DNA of 64,000 bases from an uncultured Chthonomonadaceae bacterium (GTDB lineage Bacteria; Armatimonadota; Chthonomonadetes; Chthonomonadales; Chthonomonadaceae), in NCBI GenBank assembly GCA_963817895.1, contig CAWFQB010000014.1, positions 288,001-352,000 of the forward strand. Direction: 5' to 3'. The first letter of the stretch is position 1; each line of letters starts with the position of its first letter. The position numbers were made by a program, and so were the translations under genes. The notes beneath the pieces are model-generated. The model searched no databases, was not told where the DNA came from, and was given only the letters and a program-made list of their open reading frames with translations. Below, in pieces: positions 22,228-32,737 of the stretch.

Positions 22228-23428
22228 CTACCCATCTACCCATCTGCCTCCTCCAACTATCGTCTGCCGCACACTGCCATCCCCATTCAGCAGCGTCAGG
22301 TCGGCGTCGTAGCCCACGCGCAGCAACCCTTTGCGGTGCGCCAGTCCGAGCGCGAGGGCGGCGTTGTACGAGGTCATGCGGGCGCGTTCGGACAGGCTGA
22401 AAGGGACAGCGTTGGCAAAGGCGCGTTCCAGCGTCAGCAGGCTGCCAGCAAGGGTTCCATCCGGCAGCCGCGCCGAGCCATCTTTGACCACAATCTTCAA
22501 ATCGCCAAGAGTGAATTCGTAATTTTCGCCCATGCCCGCGCCGGGTATTCCGTCGGAAATCAAAATCACGCCTGCCGCGCCTTTCGCGTTGATGAGGGCG
22601 CGGCAGCTTGCCGGGTGGACGTGGATGTTGTCCCAGATCAGTTCCGCCGTTAGTTCCGGGCGGGCAAGCGTTGCGCCAACGACGCCCGGTTCCCGTCCCT
22701 CCAATGGACGCATGGCGTTGAAACAGTGCGTGACGTGCCGCGCCCCCGCATCTATGGCGGCCTCCATCTGCGCATACGTGGCATCCGTATGGCCTATGGA
22801 GGCGATAATCCCCTGCCCCGCCAGAAACCGCGTCAGTTCCAGCCCGCCCGGCATTTCCGGCGCAAGCGTGACAACCCGAACCACCTGCAAATTTTCGCCG
22901 CACCAGTAGCGCAGTTCCGCCACATCCGGTTCGCGCACAAATTGCTCCGGCTGCGCCCCTTTTTTCTTCGGATTGATGTACGGCCCCTCCAGGTGACAGC
23001 CCAATACCTGCGCTCCCTGCTATCCTCGCGTTCTCTCCCTGCTGCGGACGCTTCACTGCCTCTTTGCTCTGCGCGTCCATCCGTTGCGCCGTAACAGCAA
23101 GCGCCTGCGCCTGCTGTTCCCACGGCCCGGTAACAGTGGTTGCCAGAAACCCGGTAACGCCATGCGACGCCAGATGAACGGCAATCGCGTCCAGCGCGTC
23201 CGCCGTCCCCTCCATCACATACCGGCCCGCCCCGCCATGCACATGAATATCAATAAACCCCGGAACCAGCAACCCGTCGCGGGCATCTATATCCCCCGGC
23301 TGCGGCGTTGTCGCATCGTTCCACGTTTCCAGCCCGACGATTTTCCCCGCCGCAAAGGTAACGGCAAGGTTGGCGCGTTCCCCAAGCGCGTCGGCGGCGT
23401 TGCCGACCAGTATACGGCGCAATGACAT
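22228..23428 (-). CDS. nagA: N-acetylglucosamine-6-phosphate deacetylase (one frameshift)
   Basis: PGFIDIHVHGG, HLEGPYIN..KKGAQ, TLAPE, GHTDA, THCFNAM, GTLAGS. Confidence 0.93.
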
Positions 23429-23484
23429 ATCGGAGGTATTCGTGCAAAGGTGTCATCCTGTCATATAAGTTGGATATGCCTGAG

Positions 23485-23571
23485 CCGGGTATTGAAAATA
23501 CCCGGCACGAAAGTGCAAGCGTCCTGCGACGCGGGAAAGTTTAGAAGCGTAGGGACACAACATGTTGTTCC
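23485..23571. repeat. Three-hairpin element (copy 2, reverse orientation) plus GTAG-type REP
   Basis: ccgggtattgaaaatacccgg-gcacgaaagtgc-gcgtcctgcgacgc then gtagggacacaacatgttgttcc at 23549. Confidence 0.65.
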
Positions 23572-23645
23572 GCGTGAGCAGCGTTGTGTCCGCGTCCGAA
23601 GGAGCTTGCTTTGTCCAGACAGAGATTTTCAATCCTGTATTCGGG

Positions 23646-24428
23646 CTACGCCGCCGTTGCCGCCCGTCCATTATTGGCTTCCGCTTGCAGCGTCTTAATC
23701 AGGTCACTGGCCTGCGCCTGCGTCAGCGCGGACAGGGCATCCACGCCGAACTTATCCTTTGCCGCCGCGTCCACGTCAATGCTGCGGCGACGGCACAGAC
23801 TGCGAATGGCTTCCATCTGCGCGTCCGTGACCGGATTGGCAAGCGGGTTGCGCAATTCGGCGGGAATAGGAGTCGGCTCCGCCGGTTTCGCGGCAGGCTT
23901 GACGGCTGACGCTTTCACGGGCGCAGCATTGTCCTCATGATGTGATCCATTGCCGTTGCCGTTGCTTTCCATGCGCGGCGCGTTTCCACTGGCATACGCT
24001 GTTGCGGCGGGAACGCGGGCAGGCGTCTGGCGCGTGCTGCGCTGGTTGGTGGAATACCCCCGTTCCGGCGCGGCCTCGTAAATGTCATCGTCGCTGAGTT
24101 CTTCCAGCGCGGCCATGCCGATGTTGACGGCATCACGCAACGCCCGCGCTTTCGCCCGCGTTTCGGCAAGCCGAATCAAACAGGTCTGCATGGCCGGGGC
24201 CACGTTGTTGGGCGCGGCGTCCCCGATACCATGAAACTCCCGCAACGTCCCCTCCCTTTCCAGCGTCACCCGCGCCGTGCAAATCGCCACGCGGTTGTTG
24301 TTCTCGTTGGGAATCTGCACCAGTTCCGTTGTAATGGATTTCAGCCCCTGCTCATGGGCTAAAGATAAAAGCCCCGCGTATAAACAGAAGGTCTTTCCCT
24401 GTCGTTCTACTAAAAAATCTTTTCTCAT
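23646..24428 (-). CDS. Putative Rad52/Rad22-like single-strand annealing protein with low-complexity tail
   Basis: LYAGLLSLAH...AICTARVT...FHGIGDA...IRLAETRAKARALRDAVNIG; C-terminal TDAQ...LTQAQASDLI helical motif. Confidence 0.6.
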   Translation of the reverse strand: MRKDFLVERQGKTFCLYAGLLSLAHEQGLKSITTELVQIPNENNNRVAICTARVTLEREGTLREFHGIGDAAPNNVAPAMQTCLIRLAETRAKARALRDAVNIGMAALEELSDDDIYEAAPERGYSTNQRSTRQTPARVPAATAYASGNAPRMESNGNGNGSHHEDNAAPVKASAVKPAAKPAEPTPIPAELRNPLANPVTDAQMEAIRSLCRRRSIDVDAAAKDKFGVDALSALTQAQASDLIKTLQAEANNGRAATAA

Positions 24429-24774
24429 CGGTTTCCTTTCCCTGCGGCCAAACCGGTGTTCGCCGCGTGAGAGACAACCGACTTCACTCACTATGATAAT
24501 CTACTCCGCCATACTACACAAAAGCGGAAAGTTGAAAATTTTTCTGCACAAACTTCTTCATGCGCGTACTTCTTCCACTACTATTTTACCATATTATGTA
24601 GACGCATGTTGCCTTACTACGCGCTCTGCCTTCGGGCCGGAACACACTTTAAAACTATTTTTACGTGTTATTTTCACTTTTTTTCACCTGTGCATGTTTG
24701 ACAGGTAAGCGCAACGTTTGGCAGAGGGTTGCAAAAAGCGCGTATCTACTTACAGCAACAACAGCAGAGTCAGG

Positions 24775-24803
24775 TTGACAAATACGGCTATGCGCTGTAC
24801 ACT
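24775..24803 (+). promoter_or_regulatory. sigma70-type promoter upstream of G5/3D gene
   Basis: TTGACA-17 nt-TACACT. Confidence 0.6.
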
Positions 24804-25009
24804 TCCCCCGTGTCTAACGCGAAACCCACGTTTTAGACTGTTCTCATACACGCTGGCCGCGTGTTCGTTTTCTCGCGATCCCATCAAGCAGGCAACTAAT
24901 CGGTTTCTATTACCATAGATTCAGCCCGATTGGTTCAGGAGGTCCGTCAAAAGGCAACAGGCATCCGAACGGTGTCTACACAAATCGGAAACGGAAAGGA
25001 GGACAATCT

Positions 25010-25723
25010 ATGTCCTACATCTCCACTGTCCGCGCGGGACGTTATACCGCAGGACTGGTTGCACTGGGGTCACTCTCCCTGGCAACCGCTCTGGCGGGAG
25101 CGCCCCGGCAAACGGGCAGCCCCCAAAGTGCAGCAAAGCTCAAACCGACGGAACTTGCAACATCCTCATCGGTGACCCGCAAAGTTGTGCAGCGCAGTCC
25201 GATTCCTTATCCCACCTTAAGGAAACCCGCGTTCCAATTGCGAAGCGGCACCAGCCGCACTCTGCGCTCCGGCGTCAATGGCGTCAAAGAGGTCGTTTAC
25301 TCCGTCTCAGTTCGGCCTGACGGCACGGAACTCAAGCGCGAAGCCGTCAGCACCCGCGTTCTCAAACAGCCCCGTCCCGAAGTTGTTGAGGATGGGCGAA
25401 CCGCGCAACTCGCGTCGCGCGGGTATTTTTCCGGTCGGCGCGTCGTCACCATGAACGCAACGTGGTACGATCCGTATAACGATGGAAGCAATGATCACGG
25501 ACGCACCTATACGGGTGTTCTGGCCGGTTATGGCGTGGTTGCCGTAGACCCGCGTTTCATGCCGCTCGGTACGCGCCTGTACATCGAAGGCTACGGTTAC
25601 GCCGTCGCCGCCGATACGGGCGGAGCCATTAAGGGCAGCCGCATTGATCTTGCCATTGATTCGCAGCACGATGTGAAAAATGTCAAAGACATGAAACATG
25701 TGCGCGTACACATTCTCGACTAA
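25010..25723 (+). CDS. G5 + 3D domain cell-wall remodelling protein (YabE-like)
   Basis: Signal peptide, G5-like GVNGVKEVVY...PRPEVV..G, 3D motif VAVDPRFMPLGT...AADTGGAIKGSRIDL; directly upstream of rsmA as in YabE/RpfB loci. Confidence 0.88.
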   Translation: MSYISTVRAGRYTAGLVALGSLSLATALAGAPRQTGSPQSAAKLKPTELATSSSVTRKVVQRSPIPYPTLRKPAFQLRSGTSRTLRSGVNGVKEVVYSVSVRPDGTELKREAVSTRVLKQPRPEVVEDGRTAQLASRGYFSGRRVVTMNATWYDPYNDGSNDHGRTYTGVLAGYGVVAVDPRFMPLGTRLYIEGYGYAVAADTGGAIKGSRIDLAIDSQHDVKNVKDMKHVRVHILD

Positions 25724-25922
25724 TCGCGAACCTGTTCATTTTCAACGGTTCGTAATACCACTTTCGCGCGAAACTCGCGGCAGGACGGCGGATTTGCCTT
25801 GTTCGTTACCTGCTTGTTCGACAATCGCGCATGACTGATCGCCGTTCGGACTTCGCCGCCTCCCTGCCATCGGGATTGCCGCGCAAGCTGACGGTTGGAG
25901 AAAGGGGCGGGTAATTTTTCGT

Positions 25923-26804
25923 ATGGATTACGACCCGGTTTCTCCAAAACAGGCCAGCGAATTGCTTCAGACGCATGGGATTCGCGCCCAAAAGCGTTTG
26001 GGGCAAAACTTCCTTGTGGATCGCAACACTCTGGATCGGATCGTTCGGGCGGCGGACCTTCAGCCCCACGAACCGGTTCTGGAAATCGGCAGCGGCCTCG
26101 GCGCGCTTACGCTCGCCCTGGCTGCTGTTTCTCCTGTCGTTACCAGTGTCGAAATAGACCGCCATCTGGAACCTATTTTGCGCGAAGTGACCGCCAACAC
26201 CCCCAATGTTCGCCTGGTATTCGCCGATTTCCTGCAAAAAGACAGCACCGATGCATTATTTAATGACGCATTTGGCGACCAGCCCGGCGTTGTCGTCGCA
26301 AACATCCCCTATTACATCACCACGCCCATCATTGAACGCCTGTTTGAGCATAAAGCGCGGCTGCGTCGCGTCGTTCTGCTCGTTCAGCACGAGTTTGCCA
26401 ATCGCGCCGTTGCCCGCGCAGATACGGATGATTACGGGGCCATGTCGGTTTTTGTTCAGTACCACACGCGCCCGGAAATTGTCGGCACGGTTCCGCGTAC
26501 CGTTTTCCTGCCCCCGCCCGAAGTCGGCTCCGCCATACTCGCCCTCGACCCGGTTGTTCCCGGCACGGTTGAATTGCGAGACGAGCAGCGGTTTTTCAAC
26601 ATCGTCCGCTCCTCCTTCGCTCAGAGAAGAAAAACCCTCCTCAACGCCCTCCTACGCGCCCCCGCATCCTTCAGCCTGGGGTTCGGCATGGAAGACCGCG
26701 CCCGCGTCGAGGCATTGCTTGCCCGCGCCGAAATCAACCCCACCCGCCGGGGCGAAACCCTCAATATCGAAGAGTTCGCCCGCCTCGCAAATTTAGAAGA
26801 ATAA
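25923..26804 (+). CDS. rsmA: 16S rRNA dimethyltransferase KsgA
   Basis: KRLGQNFLVD, VLEIGSGLG, ANIPYYITTPI, FAQRRKTL. Confidence 0.97.
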   Translation: MDYDPVSPKQASELLQTHGIRAQKRLGQNFLVDRNTLDRIVRAADLQPHEPVLEIGSGLGALTLALAAVSPVVTSVEIDRHLEPILREVTANTPNVRLVFADFLQKDSTDALFNDAFGDQPGVVVANIPYYITTPIIERLFEHKARLRRVVLLVQHEFANRAVARADTDDYGAMSVFVQYHTRPEIVGTVPRTVFLPPPEVGSAILALDPVVPGTVELRDEQRFFNIVRSSFAQRRKTLLNALLRAPASFSLGFGMEDRARVEALLARAEINPTRRGETLNIEEFARLANLEE

Positions 26805-26966
26805 ACCACGGAGAACACGGAGGACACGGAGAGGAGAGAAGTGGAGAATATTGTTCTATTTTTGTCTTTCTCTGCGTCCTTTGCATCTTTGCGGTTTGCT
26901 TCTTCTTTCCTCTCCGCTTTTCTCCGTGTTCTCCGTGTTCTCCGTGGTTTATTCTTCTAAATTTGC
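26787..26966. repeat. Long inverted-repeat element overlapping the rsmA stop codon
   Basis: gcaaatttagaagaataaaccacggagaacacggaggacacggaga is the near-perfect reverse complement of 26921-26966. Confidence 0.85.
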
Positions 26967-27001
26967 TTTTCTGGCTTGTATTCGGTACAATAGCGGAAGT
27001 T

Positions 27002-28408
27002 ATGTCCGAAATTTTCCTCAAAAACGTAAATGCCCTCATTGTCACCGCAGTCGAAACGGGTTCCCCCTCAGAACGCGCGGGCGTTCGCGCGGGCGATATG
27101 CTTCAGCAGATCAACGGCAGGCCAATTCTTGATATTCTGGATTACCGCTTCCACAGTTCGGATGTTAAACTACAATTAACTCTACAGCGCGACGGGCAGA
27201 CGCTCATCGTGGATGCGCAAAAGCGCGTGGACGCCGATCTTGGCTTGCAGTTCGAGCATGATCTGGGCGATAAAATTCACACCTGTAAAAACAAGTGCGT
27301 GTTCTGCTTCATTCATCAGCAGCCGAAGAAAATGCGCAAGTCGCTGTACCTGATGGACGATGATTTTCGCCTGTCGTTTATGCACGGCAACTACGTCACG
27401 CTGACCAACCTTTCAGAGGAAGAATGGGCGCGTATTCTGGAACAGCGTCTTTCTCCGCTGTATGTTTCCGTTCATGCCACCAGCCCCGAACTGCGCCAGA
27501 TTCTGCTTGGCCGCAAAACGCCCACGCCTATTATGCCCCAAATTCGCGAACTAGCCGACAACCGCATAGATGTTCACGCGCAAATTGTCCTTTGCCCCGG
27601 ACTGAATGACGGCGCGAATCTGGATAACACGCTGGATGAACTGGCGCAGGAACACCGCGCTGTCACCAACAAACGCGCGGGCGTACAGTCCGTCGCCATT
27701 GTTCCCGTCGGCATGACCCGCTTTCGCGAACGCCTGCCCAATTTAACCCACGTTGAGCGCGACTATGCCCGTGACATGATTGCGCATGTGGAACAGATAG
27801 CGCAGGGTTTTGAAACCACGCTGGGCACACGCTTCGCCTGGCTTGCCGATGAGTGGTATCACATTGCCGGTCAGGACGTGCCGCCCCGCTCCCACTATGA
27901 AGATTTTCCGCAACTGGAAGACGGCATCGGAACCATCCGCCTGTTTCTGGATGACGCCAAACGTACCGGTTTGCGCCTGCCCGTTCGCGTACCCGTTCCG
28001 GTTACAGCTACGCTTGTCACGGCGGAAATGCCCGCGCAGCATGTGCAGACATTTGCAGACCGCTTAAACCGTATTGAGGGCGTGGACATCAACGTTTGCG
28101 TGGTGAAAAACGACTTTTTCGGCGGCGACATCCACATCGCGGGACTGCTCACCGCGCAGGACATTCTGGCGCAACTGAAAACCTTTTCCAACTGCTACCA
28201 GACGGTTTATATTCCGAAAATCTGCCTGCGTGATGAGGTTTTGTTTCTGGACGACGTAACACTGGAAGAAGCCCGCGTTTCCTCCGGGCTGGATTTGCGA
28301 GCCGTGGGCAATACGCCCCGCGAACTGGCGCAGGCGCTCGGCCTGACACGCTCTGCCACACCGCAACGCCCCGGCTCACGCTGGAAAATGGAAGAAACCG
28401 TATCTTGA
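27002..28408 (+). CDS. PDZ + radical SAM-like DUF512 protein
   Basis: N-terminal PDZ, CKNKCVFCFIHQ (CxxxCxxC), DDDFRLSFMHGNYVTLTN, QLEDGIG. Confidence 0.9.
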   Translation: MSEIFLKNVNALIVTAVETGSPSERAGVRAGDMLQQINGRPILDILDYRFHSSDVKLQLTLQRDGQTLIVDAQKRVDADLGLQFEHDLGDKIHTCKNKCVFCFIHQQPKKMRKSLYLMDDDFRLSFMHGNYVTLTNLSEEEWARILEQRLSPLYVSVHATSPELRQILLGRKTPTPIMPQIRELADNRIDVHAQIVLCPGLNDGANLDNTLDELAQEHRAVTNKRAGVQSVAIVPVGMTRFRERLPNLTHVERDYARDMIAHVEQIAQGFETTLGTRFAWLADEWYHIAGQDVPPRSHYEDFPQLEDGIGTIRLFLDDAKRTGLRLPVRVPVPVTATLVTAEMPAQHVQTFADRLNRIEGVDINVCVVKNDFFGGDIHIAGLLTAQDILAQLKTFSNCYQTVYIPKICLRDEVLFLDDVTLEEARVSSGLDLRAVGNTPRELAQALGLTRSATPQRPGSRWKMEETVS

Positions 28409-28482
28409 AAAGTTGATAGTTGATAGTTGATAGTTTCCGTCTCTCTATCAACTATTAATTGTTTAGCAAGGAGCAGGCATTT

Positions 28483-30669
28483 ATGCAGGAACCTACGCAC
28501 TCCCCCTCCCCAACGCCCTCCACCAACTCAGAAACAGTTGTCGCTCCCGATAAAGCCACTTCACCGCGTTCCAAACACCAGTCGCGCCGCGCGCCCGCAG
28601 CGAGTACGAACCATGCCGTTACCAACGCGCTGAAAGTCAAACAACATCTGTTTTTCGACCGCGAGTTAAGCTGGCTGGACTTCAACGCCCGCGTCCTTTC
28701 CGAAGCCCTTAACACCAACCATCCCCTGCTGGAACGTCTGAAATTCCTCGCCATTTACAGCAACAATCTGGACGAGTTTTTTATGATTCATGTGCCGGGG
28801 ATGCGCGAACGTTCCGATGAGGCGACCGGGCGACCGGCAACGCCCCGCACCATCGTTCGGCGTCTGGAAGCCATTCAGACCAAACTTCAGCCGCAGCTTG
28901 CCATGCTGTACCGCTGCCTTCAGGATTTGCTGCCCCGCCTTGCCGAATACGACGTGCGGCTTGTCGGATACGAAACCCTTTCCGAAAACGAAAAGCAGCG
29001 ATTGGAATTGTATTTCGAGAGCGAAGTGTTTCCCGTGTTGACGCCGCTTGCCGTTGACCCCGGCCATCCGTTTCCCTATATTTCCAATCTCAGCCTGAGC
29101 CTTGCCGTTGTGGTTCACGACCCGCGTTCGAACCAGAACCATTTCGCCCGCGTCAAAGTTCCCACCAAACCGGCCCTGCCCCGCCTGGTTCCTATTGCTG
29201 GCGCGCCCTGGAAGTTCGTCCTGCTGGAAGAGGTGATCGCCGCCCATATCGGCAGGCTGTTTGCCGGCATGGAAGTCCGCGCCTGCTATCCCTTCCGCCT
29301 GACCCGCAACGCCGACCTTGAGTTGCAGGAGGACGCAGCGGACGACCTGCTGGAAATGATCGAAGAAGAGCTTGCCAAGCGGCGATTTGGCGAAATTGAG
29401 CGGCTGGAACTGGCAAGCAACATGCCTCCCGACATACGCCAAACGCTCATAGAAGAACTGGAAGTCCCTGAACACGAAGTTTACACGCTGGATGGTATGC
29501 TCAATCCCGGGGACCTGATGCCCCTGACGGGCCTTGACGTTCCCGTTCTGCGCGACCCACCGTTCAATCCACCCATCACGCCTGCCCTGCGCAATACAAA
29601 TGATATTTTCGCCGCAATCCGCAAGCAGGATATTCTGCTGCACCATCCCTATCAATCGTTCAGCAGCGTGACCGATTTTTTGCGGGCGGCAGCCGAAGAC
29701 CCGAACGTTCTGGCGATCAAGCACACCCTGTACCGCACGAGCGGCGACTTGCCCATACTACCTGCCCTGATTGAAGCGGCAGACAACGGCAAGCAAGTCG
29801 CGTGTCTCGTAGAACTGAAAGCCCGTTTTGATGAAGCGAATAATATTACGTGGGCAAAACAGTTGGAGAAAGCGGGCGTACACGTTGTTTACGGGCTTGT
29901 CGGGCTGAAAACGCACTCCAAAGTAACGCTCGTGGTTCGGCGCGAGGAGGACGGATTGCGCCGGTATCTGCACATCGGCACGGGCAACTACAACCCCAAA
30001 ACCGCGACCGTGTATACGGATGTGGGTATTCTAACCTGCGCTCCGCAATTCGGCATGGACGCCACTGACCTGTTCAACTATCTGACCGGATATGCGCGGC
30101 AGGAACAGTATCGCGCGTTTCTGGTTGCGCCCATCACGCTCCGTCACCGCTTGCAGGATATGATAGACCGCGAAGCGGAAAAACACACGCCCGAAAACCC
30201 CGGACGCATCATCGCCAAAATGAACGCCCTGACAGACCCCGGACTTATCAAGTCGCTGTATGCCGCGTCACAGATGGGCGTACAAATTGACCTGATTATA
30301 CGCGGCATGTGCTGCCTGCGCCCCGGCGTGCCGGAACTGTCGGAAAACATTCGGGTAATGAGTATTGTGGGCCGTTTTCTGGAACACAGCCGCATCTTTT
30401 ATTTTCGCAACGGCGGACACGAGGAGATATATTTCGGCAGCGCGGATTGGATGTCGCGCAATCTGGACAGGCGCGTGGAAGTGGTGGTTCCCGTCATCAG
30501 CGAGGAGATACGCCGAACCCTGCGCCATGACGTTCTGGGAGTGCTGCTCGAAGACAACCAGCAGGCATGGGACTTGAACGCGGAGGGTCTGTACACGCGC
30601 CGCCGCCCCGCCCCCGGCCAGCACCGCGTCAACGCGCAGCAGCGGCTCTTGGAATATCTGGCAAAATAG
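28483..30669 (+). CDS. ppk1: Polyphosphate kinase 1
   Basis: RELSWLDFNARVL, NLDEFFM, HPFPYISNLS, LHHPY, ELKARFDE, KTHSK, GRFLEHSR, RNLDRRVE. Confidence 0.97.
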   Translation: MQEPTHSPSPTPSTNSETVVAPDKATSPRSKHQSRRAPAASTNHAVTNALKVKQHLFFDRELSWLDFNARVLSEALNTNHPLLERLKFLAIYSNNLDEFFMIHVPGMRERSDEATGRPATPRTIVRRLEAIQTKLQPQLAMLYRCLQDLLPRLAEYDVRLVGYETLSENEKQRLELYFESEVFPVLTPLAVDPGHPFPYISNLSLSLAVVVHDPRSNQNHFARVKVPTKPALPRLVPIAGAPWKFVLLEEVIAAHIGRLFAGMEVRACYPFRLTRNADLELQEDAADDLLEMIEEELAKRRFGEIERLELASNMPPDIRQTLIEELEVPEHEVYTLDGMLNPGDLMPLTGLDVPVLRDPPFNPPITPALRNTNDIFAAIRKQDILLHHPYQSFSSVTDFLRAAAEDPNVLAIKHTLYRTSGDLPILPALIEAADNGKQVACLVELKARFDEANNITWAKQLEKAGVHVVYGLVGLKTHSKVTLVVRREEDGLRRYLHIGTGNYNPKTATVYTDVGILTCAPQFGMDATDLFNYLTGYARQEQYRAFLVAPITLRHRLQDMIDREAEKHTPENPGRIIAKMNALTDPGLIKSLYAASQMGVQIDLIIRGMCCLRPGVPELSENIRVMSIVGRFLEHSRIFYFRNGGHEEIYFGSADWMSRNLDRRVEVVVPVISEEIRRTLRHDVLGVLLEDNQQAWDLNAEGLYTRRRPAPGQHRVNAQQRLLEYLAK

Positions 30670-30675
30670 CGCATA

Positions 30676-31905
30676 TCAGTTCAGCATCTCAAAACGATAG
30701 CCCTGCCCTTTTAGTCCATCTCGTACCAGCGCGATATGATCGGCGTCGCGCACTTCCAGCAGCACTTCTACACCCGTTTGCCCCAACGGAATCGAAGAAC
30801 TGATACGGTTATGGGTGACGGAAATGATGTTGCCGCGCAGTTCCGCCAGCAGGTCGAGCAGTCCCGCCAGTCCGCCGGGGCGATCTGACACGGCGGTAAA
30901 AAAGTGCAGATAGCGATCCGCCCGTATCATTTCGCGCTCAATTAAATCCGCCAGAAACTTCGCGTCCACATTACCGCCCGATACGGTTGCGACGGTCTTG
31001 CCCTTTGCCTTCACTTTGCCCGACAGCAGCGCGGCGACGGCTGCCGCGCCCGCCGGTTCCACAACTGTTTTCGCCCGTTCCAAGAGCAACAACATTGTTT
31101 GCGCCAGATCGCTGTCTTCCACTGTTACCATGTCGTCGGCATACTGTTGTATATATTGGAATGTGCGCTCACTCGGCGACTTGATGGCGATTCCGTCCGC
31201 GATGGTACGGACTTCGCTACGCGGCAGCAATTCGCCCGCTTTCCACAATTCGACCGCGCATGGCGCTCCCGCCGCCTGTACCCCGATAATTCCCGCTTTG
31301 GGACACAGGGCGCGTATCGCGGTTGCCACTCCGCTGAACAGTCCCCCACCGCCCACGCAAATCAGCACGGTTTCCAAATCCGGCACATCTTCCACGATTT
31401 CAATCCCGCACGTCCCCTGTCCCGTAATAATGCCATCATCATCGTAGGCGGAAACAAACGTCGCGCCCGTTTCCTCCGCCCGCGCTTTGCCCGCCGCCAC
31501 CGCTTCATCGAAGTTATGGCCCTCCAAAACCACTTCCGCCCCGTACCGCCGCGTGGCCTGTATTTTGGCGATGCTGGCGAACTCCGGCATGAATACGGTT
31601 GCCTTGATTCCCGTCAAGCGAGCGGCAAGCGCGATGCCCTGCGCGTGGTTGCCCGCGCTTGCCGCCACGACGCCAACCGCTTTCTGTTCCGCCGATAAAT
31701 GCGTCAGCCGATGGTACGCGCCCCGGATTTTGAAACTGCCCGTGCGCTGCATGTTCTCCATTTTCAGCAACAGTTGTTGCGGCGCAAGCCCGATACGCTC
31801 TTCCAGACTGCGGCAGGTAGTAACCGGCGTATGATGCACCGCCTTCCAGATTTCCACATACGCCGCCTCAATATCCGCAAGACTTACCATGCGCTCGTTA
31901 TTCAT
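30676..31905 (-). CDS. ilvA: Threonine ammonia-lyase with C-terminal ACT domain
   Basis: KMENMQRTGSFKIRGA, ASAGNHAQG, VGGGGL, SGGNVD, DRPGGL. Confidence 0.92.
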   Translation of the reverse strand: MNNERMVSLADIEAAYVEIWKAVHHTPVTTCRSLEERIGLAPQQLLLKMENMQRTGSFKIRGAYHRLTHLSAEQKAVGVVAASAGNHAQGIALAARLTGIKATVFMPEFASIAKIQATRRYGAEVVLEGHNFDEAVAAGKARAEETGATFVSAYDDDGIITGQGTCGIEIVEDVPDLETVLICVGGGGLFSGVATAIRALCPKAGIIGVQAAGAPCAVELWKAGELLPRSEVRTIADGIAIKSPSERTFQYIQQYADDMVTVEDSDLAQTMLLLLERAKTVVEPAGAAAVAALLSGKVKAKGKTVATVSGGNVDAKFLADLIEREMIRADRYLHFFTAVSDRPGGLAGLLDLLAELRGNIISVTHNRISSSIPLGQTGVEVLLEVRDADHIALVRDGLKGQGYRFEMLN

Positions 31906-32737
31906 CTTTCTCCTCATTTCCAATTTCAGAAAGGAACTCCTGAATACGCATGGCGACCTCTTGGGCGCGGTACCACGCCATCCAGTGTTCCGCGCCGTCA
32001 AGTATCTCCAGACGGGACCCGGCAATCGCGGTGTGCAGACGAGTGGCGTGTCCTACAGGGAAATGCCTGTCTGCCCCGCCCCAGAGTATCAGCGTGGGGC
32101 AAACGATCTGAGAATACAGAGCAGGTAACTTCGGCAGCGTACCCTGATAGCCCGCGCACATGCGCGCGATGCAAAGACGGACGGCGGCCCGCCGAAAACT
32201 CTCCCAAAGGTCGGATCGCAGCGCGGGAGGCAAAGCCACGCCACGCGGTAAGGAGGTATATTCGGCGCGACGGAACACCAGCCAGGGCAGTCGGCGCAGA
32301 ACCACGCGGTTCCATCGAAACCGGCGTAACACGCTAATTTCCCAGGATGTTTCCTCATCCGCGTAAACCAGCGAGTTCATCACCACCAGGCGGGAGATTC
32401 GATGCGGATGGCGCGCGGCAAATGCAAGCGCGGGCTGCCCTCCCATGTCCATTCCTACCACATCCACGCGCTCAAGCCCCCAGGCATCCAGCAGCGCCAA
32501 CAAGCGATCCGCCAGATGTGTCGGCGTAACGCCGCCCTGCCAGGGGTCGCTATAGCCCATACCGGGCCAATCAAAGGCAATCACCGAGCGCCGATCCGCC
32601 AGACGGGGCGCAAGTTCGCCCCATATCTGAAGATTGTCCGGGTAGCCGTGCAGGAACACAAGCGGCGGCCCACTTCCCATACGGGCAACGCGCACCCGGT
32701 TTCCGTCCGGCATCGTCTCCATTCCTGTTGTCAGCAT
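31898..32737 (-). CDS. Alpha/beta fold hydrolase
   Basis: LVFLHGYPD, DWPGMGYSD, VGMDMGG nucleophile elbow (Asp), C-terminal AEHW. Confidence 0.88.
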   Translation of the reverse strand: MLTTGMETMPDGNRVRVARMGSGPPLVFLHGYPDNLQIWGELAPRLADRRSVIAFDWPGMGYSDPWQGGVTPTHLADRLLALLDAWGLERVDVVGMDMGGQPALAFAARHPHRISRLVVMNSLVYADEETSWEISVLRRFRWNRVVLRRLPWLVFRRAEYTSLPRGVALPPALRSDLWESFRRAAVRLCIARMCAGYQGTLPKLPALYSQIVCPTLILWGGADRHFPVGHATRLHTAIAGSRLEILDGAEHWMAWYRAQEVAMRIQEFLSEIGNEEKDE

